A stretch of DNA of 32,000 nucleotides from Acidovorax sp. FHTAMBA (GCF_038958875.1 NZ_CP152407.1:1890489-1922488); one strand, 5' to 3'. Positions 1 through 8,915 are shown, counted from the first letter of the stretch. Numbers and translations: made by a program. The notes: generated by a model from the sequence alone, not told the origin.

Positions 1-888
1 GCCTTGCGCCAGGACCTTGCCGCTGCGGTCGAGCAGGTGGACGAGCAGATGTCGCCCTGGAAACCGGACAGCGACCTCATGCGCCTGAACCGCGCGCCCG
101 TGGACGCCTGGGTCGACCTGCCCGCTGAAATACTGGAGGTACTCGACTGTGCGCTCGATGTCCAGCTACTGAGCGGGGGTGCTTTCGATCCGTGCGTGGG
201 GGCGCTGGTCGATGCCTGGGGGTTCGGCGCGGTGCGCGACGCACCCGATGCGGATGCAATCCGGGCCGCACGCCAACCCACACCGCGAACTGGGCATGGG
301 GGCCTGGAGCTGGACAGGCCCGCAGGCCGCGCCCGAAAGCGTTTGCCCTTACAACTCGACTTGTGCGGCATTGCCAAGGGCTACGCGGTGGACCGCATGG
401 CCAATGTGCTGCAACGGCACGGAGCGCGGCACGCGCTGGCCGCGCTGGATGGTGAGCTGCGCGCCGTGGGCAGCCAGGCGAGCGGCTCGCCCTGGTCTGT
501 GGCGCTCGAACGGCCCGAGGCAGGGCGCCGCGCGGTGCATGGGGTCATCGAGCTGGAGGATCTGGCTGTGGCCACCTCGGGCGACTACAGGCGCTATCTG
601 GAAGTGGGTGGTGCGCGCCTTGCGCACACCATGGACCCGCGCCGGTGCGCACCCGTGAACAACGCCGTGGCATCGGTCACCGTGCTGGCGCGCACCTGCA
701 TGCACGCGGACGCCTGGGCCACAGCATTGCTGGTGGCAGGCCCCGACGAAGGTCTGGCCATGGCACAGCGCATGGGGATGGATGTGCTGTTCCTGTTGCG
801 CCGTGCTGAGGGTTTGGTCAATGTGGGGCTGGGTCGTTTTGGCAGATCCGGTGGCGCTATACCGCAGGGGCATCCCGTCTCCGGATAG
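1..888 (+). CDS. apbE: FAD:protein FMN transferase (ApbE family), 5' end cut by window edge
   Basis: ORF 4..888, stop TAG 886-888. The translation has ApbE-type blocks (MSPWKPDSDLMRLN, LCGIAKGYAVDRM, VATSGDYRRY, HTMDPR). The listed first codon is a TTG at nt 4 and no signal or lipobox N-terminus is present, so the gene most likely begins upstream of the window. Confidence 0.85.
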   Translation, partial: ALRQDLAAAVEQVDEQMSPWKPDSDLMRLNRAPVDAWVDLPAEILEVLDCALDVQLLSGGAFDPCVGALVDAWGFGAVRDAPDADAIRAARQPTPRTGHGGLELDRPAGRARKRLPLQLDLCGIAKGYAVDRMANVLQRHGARHALAALDGELRAVGSQASGSPWSVALERPEAGRRAVHGVIELEDLAVATSGDYRRYLEVGGARLAHTMDPRRCAPVNNAVASVTVLARTCMHADAWATALLVAGPDEGLAMAQRMGMDVLFLLRRAEGLVNVGLGRFGRSGGAIPQGHPVSG

Positions 889-1125
889 CCGTGCTTCGTG
901 CCCCCTTCTGTCATCGAGGGTGGCAGCGAAGCAGGCGGGGTGCCCACATAGTCCTGGGCGTTCAGGTAGAACAGGTCCTGCTCGGGGTCGTCCCACAGCT
1001 CGCCCGATTTGCCCACCACGCGGCCGTGCGCTGCGCCGGAGGGGCATCGCTGGAGCAGGCGGGCCGGTTCATCGCCGCTCAGCAGCGCACTGTGCAGATT
1101 AAAGCGGTACGCACATAGCCTGTGC

Positions 1126-2007
1126 TCAGCCCTCGCGCGCCAACCCCTCCGCCAGCGCCTCAAACACCACCCTGATCCGCCGCGAGGTGCGCAGCTCTCG
1201 GTGCGATACCAGCCAGACCGGAAAGCGAACCGCAGGCACGTCATCCAGCACGCGGACGATGCCAGGGGTGTCGCGGGCGATCTCGTCCATCATGGCGCCG
1301 ATGCCCATGCCCTGGCGCACCAGCGCCCAGTGGGCCACTGTGTGCTCGCAGTAGCAGCTGAAGTTCTGCTCGCTCACCGGCAGCCCGTGCTGGCGCAGGT
1401 ACTGCAGGTATTGGCCGTTGCGGTCGGTGCCCACAAACGGCAGTCCGGCTGCATCCTCTGCGCTGCGCGGGTGGCCGTGGGTTTGCACCCAGGCTTCCGA
1501 TGCGTAAAAGCTGGCCTGGGCTTCACGCACCAGGCGGGCGATCAGGTCAGGCTGCTCGGGCTTGACGTGGCGGACGGCGATGTCGGCCTCGCGCCGCAGC
1601 AGGTCGCTCAGCGCGTTGGAGGAGATCACCTCTACCGCAATCCCCGGCTCCTGCGCGCGCAGGCGCTGCACGATGGGTGGCAACAGGCAGGCGGCCACGG
1701 CGTCGGTGGCCGACACCGACACCACCCCCCCCACCGCCTGCGAGCGGCCGCTGGCAGCCAGGCCCAGGGCCTCTGCGGCGGCGCCCATGGCGCGGGCGTG
1801 TTCCAGCAGGTCGAGCCCGGTGGGCGTGAGCACCATGGCCTTGCCCACGCGCTCGAACAGCGTCACCCCCATCTGCTGCTCGATGGCGGCGACCTGCCGG
1901 CTCAACGTGGGCTGGGTCAGGCCCAGCTTGCGCGCTGCAGCCGACAGGGTGCCGGTCTGGGCGGTTTGCAGGAAGGCTTTTAGCTGGTTCCAGTCGAGGT
2001 TATCCAT
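1126..2007 (-). CDS. LysR-family transcriptional regulator
   Basis: ORF 1126..2007 (293 aa). The N-terminal wHTH MDNLDWNQLKAFLQTAQTGTLSAAARKLGLTQPTLSRQVAAIEQQMGVTLFER is the LysR signature. Length is typical. It is divergent from the methyltransferase gene at 2127. Confidence 0.9.
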   Translation of the reverse strand: MDNLDWNQLKAFLQTAQTGTLSAAARKLGLTQPTLSRQVAAIEQQMGVTLFERVGKAMVLTPTGLDLLEHARAMGAAAEALGLAASGRSQAVGGVVSVSATDAVAACLLPPIVQRLRAQEPGIAVEVISSNALSDLLRREADIAVRHVKPEQPDLIARLVREAQASFYASEAWVQTHGHPRSAEDAAGLPFVGTDRNGQYLQYLRQHGLPVSEQNFSCYCEHTVAHWALVRQGMGIGAMMDEIARDTPGIVRVLDDVPAVRFPVWLVSHRELRTSRRIRVVFEALAEGLAREG

Positions 2008-2056
2008 GCATTTGTGTATATGTTTTGTGCAATTTACCGCAATATCCTGCGCTTCA

Positions 2057-2071
2057 ATGCATGGATAGCAT
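2057..2071. promoter_or_regulatory. Candidate LysR-type T-N11-A box (ATGCATGGATAGCAT) in the divergent LysR/methyltransferase spacer
   Basis: Inverted arms ATGC/GCAT separated by 7 nt give a T-N11-A layout, inside the 119-nt AT-rich spacer 2008-2126. This is a pattern match only. Confidence 0.25.
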
Positions 2072-2126
2072 CCGGGTGCAGGTCATCGCTGTTTTGCAGT
2101 CCGTACTCCACATTGTCTGAACCCCT

Positions 2127-2804
2127 ATGTCATCTCCCGCCATCGCCCCGGTCTCTGACGCACTTGCTGCGGCCTCCAAGGCGCGGTTCTGGGACCGCAT
2201 CGCGCGCAAGTACGCAGCCGACCCCATTGCCGACATGGAGGGATATGAGGCCACGTTGCAGCGCGTGCAGGGGCTGCTCGCTCCCCAGCAGGATGTGCTG
2301 GAGATCGGCTGCGGCACGGGCAGCACGGCGCTGCGACTGGCGCCTTTCACGCGCAGCATGCTGGCCACCGATGTGTCGGCCGGGATGATCGCCATCGCCC
2401 GCGAACGGCTCGCAAACCAGCCGTCGCCCCAGCTGCGCTTTGCCGTGGCCGATGCCGAAGCCCCGGTGTTCGGGTGCGGCGTATTCGATGCGGTGCTGGC
2501 CTTCAACCTGTTGCACCTCGCCACCGACCTGGACGCTGCGTTGCAGCAGGCGGTGGCGGCCCTGCGACCAGGGGGCCTGCTGATTTCCAAAACCCCCTGC
2601 CTGGCCGAGATGAACCCGCTGATTCCCTACCTGGCCGTGCCGTTGATGCGCGCTATTGGCAAAGCCCCGACGGTGCTGTGCTTTGACGAGCACCGGCTGA
2701 CATCGGCCATGGCGCAGCAGGGCCTGCACATTGTCTGCACCGAGCGGCATGGCAGGCGGGGCAAGGACATTCGCGCCTTTGTCGTAGCCCGCAAGCCGGG
2801 CTGA
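2127..2804 (+). CDS. Class I SAM-dependent methyltransferase
   Basis: ORF 2127..2804 (225 aa), ATG at 2127. SAM-binding motif I is VLEIGCGTGSTAL, and downstream blocks AVLAFNLLHL and LRPGGLLI fit the Methyltransf_11/25-type fold. Confidence 0.85.
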   Translation: MSSPAIAPVSDALAAASKARFWDRIARKYAADPIADMEGYEATLQRVQGLLAPQQDVLEIGCGTGSTALRLAPFTRSMLATDVSAGMIAIARERLANQPSPQLRFAVADAEAPVFGCGVFDAVLAFNLLHLATDLDAALQQAVAALRPGGLLISKTPCLAEMNPLIPYLAVPLMRAIGKAPTVLCFDEHRLTSAMAQQGLHIVCTERHGRRGKDIRAFVVARKPG

Positions 2805-2870
2805 TTTCCCCACCCCCCCGCCGATGCGTATGCGGCCCTTTCATGGGCCGCGGGGCATCGCTCGGCCTGT

Positions 2871-2893
2871 CGCATCTGCGTATGCGTTTTTTT
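2871..2893 (+). terminator. Candidate intrinsic terminator after the methyltransferase gene
   Basis: CGCAT (2871-2875) / ATGCG (2882-2886) form a 5-bp stem with a 6-nt loop, followed directly by T7 (2887-2893). A second hairpin GCGGCCC(2832-2838)/GGGCCGC(2845-2851) lies just upstream. The stem is short, hence moderate confidence. Confidence 0.45.
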
Positions 2894-2918
2894 CTACCGT
2901 CAACCCAAGGAAACTGCC

Positions 2919-3491
2919 ATGTCTTTCCCCTTCCGCCTCTCCCGGTTCGTCCGTTTCTCCAGTCCGCTGCGCCCGGGCATGGCGCTCATCGCCATCACCA
3001 CGCTGGCCTTGGGCGCCTGTGGTGGTGGAGGCGGTGATTCCGACCCCCCGGATGACGGCGGCGGCAAAGAGCCGCCTTCGGCGTCCATCAACGTGCTGGA
3101 AGGCGACTGGGTGCAGAAAGGGTGTGTCAAGGCGGGCGCGCAGTCGTTCAAGAAGATCCTGCGTGCGCGCATCACGGCCCCAAACACGCTCGACTATTAC
3201 GAAGGGGTGCTGACGTTTGGCGGAAATGAATGTGCAGGCCCGTCGCAAGTGGCCGGGCCGACCAAGCTCGGAGTGGTGACCTTTGCCCGCTCGGAGGCCA
3301 ACCAGGCGCTGGCGGCGCACTGGGGCGAGCTGCGCACCGTCACTGGCACCCGCTTTGGCGCCATCTGGACGCTGCGCCCCACCAACCTGCTGTGCCTGCT
3401 GGGCGACGGGATTCCCACCAGCCAGCCATCGCTTTCATCGGTGGCGCCCAGTCTGGCCACCATCCCGGCAGACAACTGCTTCACCCGATGA
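2919..3491 (+). CDS. Hypothetical lipoprotein
   Basis: ORF 2919..3491 (190 aa). The N-terminus MSFPFRLSRFVRFSSPLRPGMALIAITTLALGAC has a lipobox (LGA-C) followed by a Gly/Asp/Pro-rich linker. No family recognised. Confidence 0.7.
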   Translation: MSFPFRLSRFVRFSSPLRPGMALIAITTLALGACGGGGGDSDPPDDGGGKEPPSASINVLEGDWVQKGCVKAGAQSFKKILRARITAPNTLDYYEGVLTFGGNECAGPSQVAGPTKLGVVTFARSEANQALAAHWGELRTVTGTRFGAIWTLRPTNLLCLLGDGIPTSQPSLSSVAPSLATIPADNCFTR

Positions 3492-3523
3492 AAAACGCCC
3501 CACCCTTCGGAGCAAACCACGCC

Positions 3524-3946
3524 ATGCCTTTCATGAAAACTTCAATGCCCGCCCGGCTCGCCGCCATCATCACCACGGTGCTGATCGTCACCGGATGTGC
3601 GTCCACCCTCGACCAGGAGGGCCTGGAGCAGCGCACCGCGCAGGCCATCGGCCGGACCACCGGCCAGTTCACCATCACCGACCGCCAGGAGGAAACCGGC
3701 GGCCGCATCAACTACACCGCCACCACCCGCGACGGCGCAAGCTACCGGTGCTATCTGTACGGCGCCACCGGCTTTCAGAAAGCCATGAGCTTTGGGCAAA
3801 CACCCCATTCCGACGCCATCTGCACCGCCATGGTGGGCAGGCCGGGCAACGGTGGCGCCCAGGCCCCGGCAGCAGCCGCCCAACCGCAGGGGCGAGGTGC
3901 AGCCAAGGAATGCAATGCTCTGCTGCGCACGGCAGGCCGCTGCTAA
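3524..3946 (+). CDS. Hypothetical small lipoprotein
   Basis: In-frame ATG at 3524 (alternative 3533) inside track ORF 3230..3946. MPFMKTSMPARLAAIITTVLIVTGCAST gives a signal peptide plus lipobox (VTG-C). The upstream part of the track ORF overlaps the previous gene and looks non-coding. Confidence 0.65.
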   Translation: MPFMKTSMPARLAAIITTVLIVTGCASTLDQEGLEQRTAQAIGRTTGQFTITDRQEETGGRINYTATTRDGASYRCYLYGATGFQKAMSFGQTPHSDAICTAMVGRPGNGGAQAPAAAAQPQGRGAAKECNALLRTAGRC

Positions 3947-3954
3947 GAGCGTCT

Positions 3955-4050
3955 AACAAAACTCTTCTGGCGTCGTTGCTGTGTCTTGTCGTACTGCTCG
4001 TACTGCCTGCGACACAGCGCCTAGCCAGAACCGCTTCACTGAGTTTTGTT
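3955..4050. repeat. Nested imperfect palindrome (long hairpin) with a tandem 9-mer in the loop
   Basis: Three nested inverted pairs: AACAAAACTC(3955-3964)/GAGTTTTGTT(4041-4050), TTCTGGC(3965-3971)/GCCAGAA(4024-4030) and GCTGTGTC(3978-3985)/GACACAGC(4011-4018). The apical region contains TCGTACTGC twice in tandem (3989-4006). Confidence 0.8.
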
Positions 4051-4120
4051 CGCCACTCTAAATGGCACCGCGCTGCTCTGGCCTGCGGGCCATGAACCTG
4101 TATGCAAAGGACTTGAGACC

Positions 4121-4996
4121 ATGAACCGATGGCACTGGGCCAGCCTGCTGCTGGCAGTCTGCGTGAGCGGTTGCGCAAGCTTGCCCGGCGCCACCACCGA
4201 CACGGTGGACGGGCGCACGGTCGAATACGTGCAGGCGGGGCAGGACGCACCCGTGGTGGTGTTCGAGAACGGCCTGGGCGCCACACTCGACTGGTGGGCC
4301 AAGGTCTGGCCCGACACCGTGGCAGAAACCCGCGCTCCGGCCTACAACCGTGTGGGCTATGGCCGCAGCGATGCATCCCCCCAGCCGCGTGATGGGGCGC
4401 AGGTGGTGCACGAGCTGCGGGCCTTGCTCAGGGCCCGCCAGCTACCGCCGCCCTATGTGCTGGTCGGCCACTCGCTGGGCGGCCTGTACATGCAGCTGTA
4501 CGCGCGCCAACACCCAGCAGAGGTCGCGGCGCTGGTGCTGGTGGATTCCACGCACCCTGACCAGGTCAAAGGCGCTGGCAACCCAGACCATTGGCCGGCT
4601 TGGTTGAAGGTGGTGTTCCAAGCCACGACCTCTGACACGGCCAAACAAGAGCTTGCCGCGATGGATGCGACGGGCGAGCAGGTTTCGCACCTGCCGGTGG
4701 ACCCGTCGATCCCCGTATGGGTGCTGAGCGCATTGCGCGCCACGGGGGCGCCATCGGCATTGGCGGAAGATGCCGAGCGCAAGCGGGCAGCCATTGCACA
4801 GCTGTACCCAGGCTCCACCCAGGTGTGGGTGGACAGCGGGCACGGCATCCCCCTGGAGAAGCCCGAGGCGGTGGCCAGTGCGATTCGCGCCGCACTGCAG
4901 GCGGCCCGGGTACCACGCGCTGCAGCGCGACACTACGGGCACGTGCAACTCGCTCCTGCCCCGGAGCGCGCAGGGGGCAGCGCGGCCGCGCAGTGA
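4121..4996 (+). CDS. Alpha/beta-fold hydrolase, lipoprotein
   Basis: In-frame ATG at 4121 within ORF 4046..4996. MNRWHWASLLLAVCVSGCASL is a signal peptide plus lipobox. The nucleophile elbow is VGHSLGG, and the distal SGHGIPLEKPE block is typical of the catalytic His region. Confidence 0.85.
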   Translation: MNRWHWASLLLAVCVSGCASLPGATTDTVDGRTVEYVQAGQDAPVVVFENGLGATLDWWAKVWPDTVAETRAPAYNRVGYGRSDASPQPRDGAQVVHELRALLRARQLPPPYVLVGHSLGGLYMQLYARQHPAEVAALVLVDSTHPDQVKGAGNPDHWPAWLKVVFQATTSDTAKQELAAMDATGEQVSHLPVDPSIPVWVLSALRATGAPSALAEDAERKRAAIAQLYPGSTQVWVDSGHGIPLEKPEAVASAIRAALQAARVPRAAARHYGHVQLAPAPERAGGSAAAQ

Positions 4997-5066
4997 GGTG
5001 CACGGTGGGGTGGCTGGATAACAGCTGCGTGTACGCGCGCCACGCAAACTGGTGGCCAAGCAGTTT

Positions 5067-5111
5067 GCTATCAATAAAATAGCTAACAGCGCTGGCAGAC
5101 GTGCGCAAAGC
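5067..5111 (-). repeat. REP-like intergenic repeat, degenerate copy D
   Basis: GCTATCAATAAAATAGCTAACAGCGCTGGCAGACGTGCGCAAAGC shares the AAATAGCT-N3/4-AGCGC...GCGC core with copies at 12126, 18294 and 20598. It sits in a low-GC pocket between two hydrolase genes. Confidence 0.5.
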
Positions 5112-5296
5112 ACTGATTTGACTCCAAGGCCTGCGCGTGTTGGCCCTGACAGAAGGCCGCGTGCCCCAAGGCGGTCCACCAGCTTTTACTGGCATCAGCC
5201 CGTGTCAGGTTGCGCGCGTCGCTGCAAGTGGTGGAGGCCACTCCCATGGCAATTTCATCGTGGCGTGCCAACCAGACCCCGTGCCAGAATGAACCG

Positions 5297-6181
5297 ATGA
5301 GCACCGCCACCACGTCCTCCTTCCAGTCCACCGCCGACGGCACCCGCATCACCACCTACACCTGGGCCGAAACCCCGGGCAAGCCCGCAGGCGTCGTGCA
5401 AATCGCCCACGGCCTTGCCGAGCATGGCGAGCGCTACGACCGCTTTGCGCGCGCCCTGAACGCTGCAGGCTTCATCGTCCACGCGGTGGACCATCGCGGC
5501 CACGGGCGCACGGCCGGTGGCAAGCTGGGCGACTTTGGCAGCGCTGGCTTCGGCGGCCTCATTGCCGACGTGGCCCAGTTCGGCGCGCAGCTGCGTGCGC
5601 AGCACGCCGGCCTGCCGCTCTTTCTGTTCGGCCACTCCATGGGCTCGTTCGCAGCGCAGGCGGCCATCCTGGACCATTCATCCACCTGGTCCGGCGTCAT
5701 CCTGTCAGGCTCCACCGCCCTCGACCTTTTTGCCGCTGCCATGGCCAACGCGCCTGCCGATGCGCCCGCTGGGCTCGCGGCTTTCAACGCAGGCTTTGAA
5801 CACCGCACCGGCTACGAATGGCTGTCGCGCGACGCCGCAGAGGTAGACGCCTACGTGGCCGACCCGTGGTGCGGCTGGGACGTGCTTGAGGACGTGATCC
5901 CCTCGCTCTTCGCCCCCGCGCCCCGGCTGGCCGACCCCGCGCAACTCGCGCGCATCCGCAGCGACCTGCCCATCCTCATCGCATCCGGCGACGCAGACCC
6001 GCTGGCCGCAGGCGGGGTGTTGTTGGAGCAACTGGGGCAGCGGTATCGCGATGCCGGTGTGGCCGATGTGGCGGTCAAGCTGTACCCGGCCGCGCGGCAT
6101 GAGATCTTGAATGAGACGAATCGGGATGAGGTGACGGGGGATGTTGCGGCGTGGCTGCGGGCGCATACGGGTCTGGCTTAG
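5297..6181 (+). CDS. Alpha/beta hydrolase (lysophospholipase / monoacylglycerol-lipase-like)
   Basis: In-frame ATG at 5297 within ORF 5210..6181. Blocks HGLAEHGERYDRFA, VDHRGHGRT and GHSMGS (nucleophile elbow), plus a C-terminal YPAARHEILNE, fit the Hydrolase_4/lysophospholipase family. Confidence 0.85.
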   Translation: MSTATTSSFQSTADGTRITTYTWAETPGKPAGVVQIAHGLAEHGERYDRFARALNAAGFIVHAVDHRGHGRTAGGKLGDFGSAGFGGLIADVAQFGAQLRAQHAGLPLFLFGHSMGSFAAQAAILDHSSTWSGVILSGSTALDLFAAAMANAPADAPAGLAAFNAGFEHRTGYEWLSRDAAEVDAYVADPWCGWDVLEDVIPSLFAPAPRLADPAQLARIRSDLPILIASGDADPLAAGGVLLEQLGQRYRDAGVADVAVKLYPAARHEILNETNRDEVTGDVAAWLRAHTGLA

Positions 6182-6554
6182 TCGGTACCCGATCCCTGTG
6201 AAATAGGCAGGTTTTGGGCAAGTAACCAGGGGGTAATGGCTGGCTGCTCCCGGCCCAAAGCAGAAGATCACGTTTGCATCTTGAGCCGCCGGTAAGTAGC
6301 GGCGGGCTGCCGTTCGCGGCCTAACCGTCACCTCAGGATGGGAGGATAGTGCGGCCTCGATACTGTTTGAACCGGAAACGATGTACGTCGTACGAGTTCG
6401 GCGGGCGGCGGAGCAAACCGAGGCAACTTATCTATTAAAGATCGTGATGGCGTACAACACTCGGTAGACGCCATCGATTCACAGCTTCGCAAGATCGAAG
6501 GGCAGAGCCTTGGGTATAAAGTGGCTCGTTTCTTCGATCTTTTGGGGCGGTGAT

Positions 6555-7619
6555 TTATGCGACCTGCAGTGCCGGATAGTCTGTATAGCCCTTGGCGCCA
6601 CCTGTGTAGAACGTGTTGGAGTCAGGCGCGTTCAGCGGTGCCTTGGCTCTGATGCGTGCGGCCAGGTCCGGATTAGCCAGGAAGGCGGTGCCAAAGGCCA
6701 CAGCGTCAAGCTTACCTTCGGCAATGGCTGCCTCTGCCTCATCAGCGCTGTAACCCATATTGCCCACCAACACACCCTTGAACTTTTCACGCGCTACGGG
6801 CATGACATCGGCCTTCTGCACGCCGAAGAAATCGGCGCGCATCACGTGCAGGTAGGCCAGCTTGAAGGCATTGAGCCTATCGGCCAGGAAGCCGATGAGG
6901 GCCAGGGGGTCGCTGTCCTTCATGCTGTTGAAGCTGTTGAGGGGCGACAGGCGCAGGCCCACACGTTCGGAACCGATCGCCTGGGTCACGGCAGTGAGTA
7001 CCTCGAACAGCAAACGTGCACGGTTTTCCAGCGACCCGCCGTAGGCATCGGTACGCTGGTTGGGCGTGTCGCGCAGAAACTGGTCAATCAGGTAGCCGTT
7101 GGCGCCGTGTACTTCAACACCATCAAAGCCGGCTGCAATGGCGTTGCGTGCGCCTTGAGCAAATGCAGCCACGATGCCGGGAATCTCTTCGACGGTCAGG
7201 GGGTGGGGCACCGCGTGCGGCACCTTGCCTTGGGGCGTGTGGATCTCACCCTCAATGGCGGTGGCGCTGCTGGAGACAATGGGGGCGCCATCGGCAGCGC
7301 CAGGGTAGGCTGCGCGGCCAGCGTGCCAGATCTGCATGAAGATGCGTCCGCCCTTGGCGTGCACCGCGTCGGTCACCTGTCTCCAGGCTGCAATCTGCGC
7401 GTCGTTGTAGATGCCAGGCTCATTGACGAAGGCTGATGTACCGGGCGCCACCATAGTGCATTCGGAAATCAGCAGGCCACCGGTGGCACGCTGGCTGTAG
7501 TACTCGGCCATCAGCGCGTTGGGCATGTGGCCAGCGTCGGCACGGGCGCGTGTCAGTGGTGCCAGAAGGATGCGGTTGGGCAGAGTGACAGAACCTACTT
7601 GAAGTGGATTGAATAGCAT
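6555..7619 (-). CDS. nemA: Old Yellow Enzyme family alkene reductase (N-ethylmaleimide reductase-like)
   Basis: ORF 6555..7619 (354 aa). It looks colinear with E. coli NemA as I remember it: PLxVG..TLPNRI.LAPLTR, MAEYYSQRA, QIWHAGR, GFDGVEVHGANGYLIDQFL, RTDAYGGSLENRARL, DAVAFG..FLANPDL, YTDYP. Confidence 0.9.
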   Translation of the reverse strand: MLFNPLQVGSVTLPNRILLAPLTRARADAGHMPNALMAEYYSQRATGGLLISECTMVAPGTSAFVNEPGIYNDAQIAAWRQVTDAVHAKGGRIFMQIWHAGRAAYPGAADGAPIVSSSATAIEGEIHTPQGKVPHAVPHPLTVEEIPGIVAAFAQGARNAIAAGFDGVEVHGANGYLIDQFLRDTPNQRTDAYGGSLENRARLLFEVLTAVTQAIGSERVGLRLSPLNSFNSMKDSDPLALIGFLADRLNAFKLAYLHVMRADFFGVQKADVMPVAREKFKGVLVGNMGYSADEAEAAIAEGKLDAVAFGTAFLANPDLAARIRAKAPLNAPDSNTFYTGGAKGYTDYPALQVA

Positions 7620-7835
7620 GCGAATGAAAATCCAGGTTACTGGTTACTGAACGGAAGGCAGTGGTAAAGGTAACAGTTTCCCAATACTCAGACATTCGAA
7701 AGGTCACTGAAGACGGCTTTGGCACGGCTGGTGCTTTTGCACCCAACGCACGATGTAGTGGACACGGGTTGGGAAGGATTTGCTACCGACAGTTTCGCGG
7801 CGGTCTGCAGCCGTACATGCACCAAACGCCTTTGG

Positions 7836-8798
7836 TCATCCACCGCGTCGCAACTCCCTGACCCCCCGGCCCAGCTTGCGGCGCAACAGGGTCCGCAGCG
7901 TCACCCCATCCGAGTACCCGACCTGTGCGGCGACCTGGTCGACGCTGGCGTTGCCTGTGCGCAAGAGATGGACGGCATGCTCGACGCGCAAGTCCTGGAA
8001 ATACGACAGTGGTGTCTTGCCCAAAACGCTTTGCAGCCGCCGCGCCAAGGTGCGCTCGCTTGTGCCCGCGGCGCTGGCCGCCTCGGCCAGCGAGAAACCT
8101 TGCGCGAGCCGACGTCTGGCCCAGCACTCGAAGCGCTCTACCATCGGGTCGGCATGCGCAAGGTGGTCGGGAATCACGAACTCGGCTTGCGAACTGCGTG
8201 TCTCGACCAGCAGATAGCGTGCCACCAGGGCCGCCAGCGCCGGACTGCGCCCTCGGATGATGCGCAAGGCCAAGTCGACGTGGGCCAAAGCGGCACCCGC
8301 GGTGGTGAAGCGTGTCGAGTTCACGATCATGCGTGACTCGTCCAGCGTGACGCTCGGATAGCGCTGCCGAAACATCGGCCCCAGCCACCATGACGTCGTC
8401 GCACGATGCCCATCAAGCAGACCACTCTCTGCAAGCAAGAAACTACCGGAGCAAGCGGCACCAAGGTGCGCGCCAGCGGTGGACCACTGCTGTAGAGCCG
8501 CGACCGCATCGGGCACATCGGGGCGTGTGAGCCGAGCCGAGAGCGTGTCAGGCATCTTGTCGCCAAAAGCGGGCACGAGCACGACGTCTGGTTCGGGCAC
8601 ACCACGCGCAGTGACCACGGGCACCGTCAAGCCTTGCGCTGTTCGGATGCGACGCCGCACACCCACCAGCGTGAGCTCTATGCGAGAGGGGGCCTGTGGC
8701 AGCGAGCCCGCCATCGCATTGGCCAAGCCCACTGTGTCAGTGAGCGCCGCAAGCCCCAGATCAAACACGCCATCACAAATAAGGAGGTGGAGTTTCAT
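7836..8798 (-). CDS. GlxA-family (DJ-1/PfpI domain + AraC HTH) transcriptional regulator
   Basis: ORF 7836..8849. I prefer the internal ATG at 8798 (MKLHLLICDGVFDLGLAAL), a typical DJ-1-type N-terminus. The C-terminal AraC HTH includes SLAEAASAAGTSERTLARR and VAAQVGYSDGVTL. The alternative start at 8849 is not excluded. Confidence 0.85.
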   Translation of the reverse strand: MKLHLLICDGVFDLGLAALTDTVGLANAMAGSLPQAPSRIELTLVGVRRRIRTAQGLTVPVVTARGVPEPDVVLVPAFGDKMPDTLSARLTRPDVPDAVAALQQWSTAGAHLGAACSGSFLLAESGLLDGHRATTSWWLGPMFRQRYPSVTLDESRMIVNSTRFTTAGAALAHVDLALRIIRGRSPALAALVARYLLVETRSSQAEFVIPDHLAHADPMVERFECWARRRLAQGFSLAEAASAAGTSERTLARRLQSVLGKTPLSYFQDLRVEHAVHLLRTGNASVDQVAAQVGYSDGVTLRTLLRRKLGRGVRELRRGG

Positions 8799-8915
8799 GG
8801 CAACAATGATACCAATGTTGTCATTATTGCCACTGGAGATGTCTGTCATGAGAACTTAGACTGCAGTCTCGTCGATCCCTTCAACCACTTTTCCATTTAC
8901 CCAAAGGAATACAGC

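Noticed and set aside
889-1125. Minus-strand stretch with strong G/C third-position bias, translating to ...FNLHSALLSGDEPARLLQRCPSGAAHGRVVGKSGELWDDPEQDLFYLNAQDYVG..., between the apbE stop and the LysR stop.
   Set aside because: There is no in-frame ATG, GTG or TTG between the LysR stop and this segment, and the frame only closes deep inside apbE (594). I cannot assign a family. It may be a gene remnant, but I cannot support a feature call.
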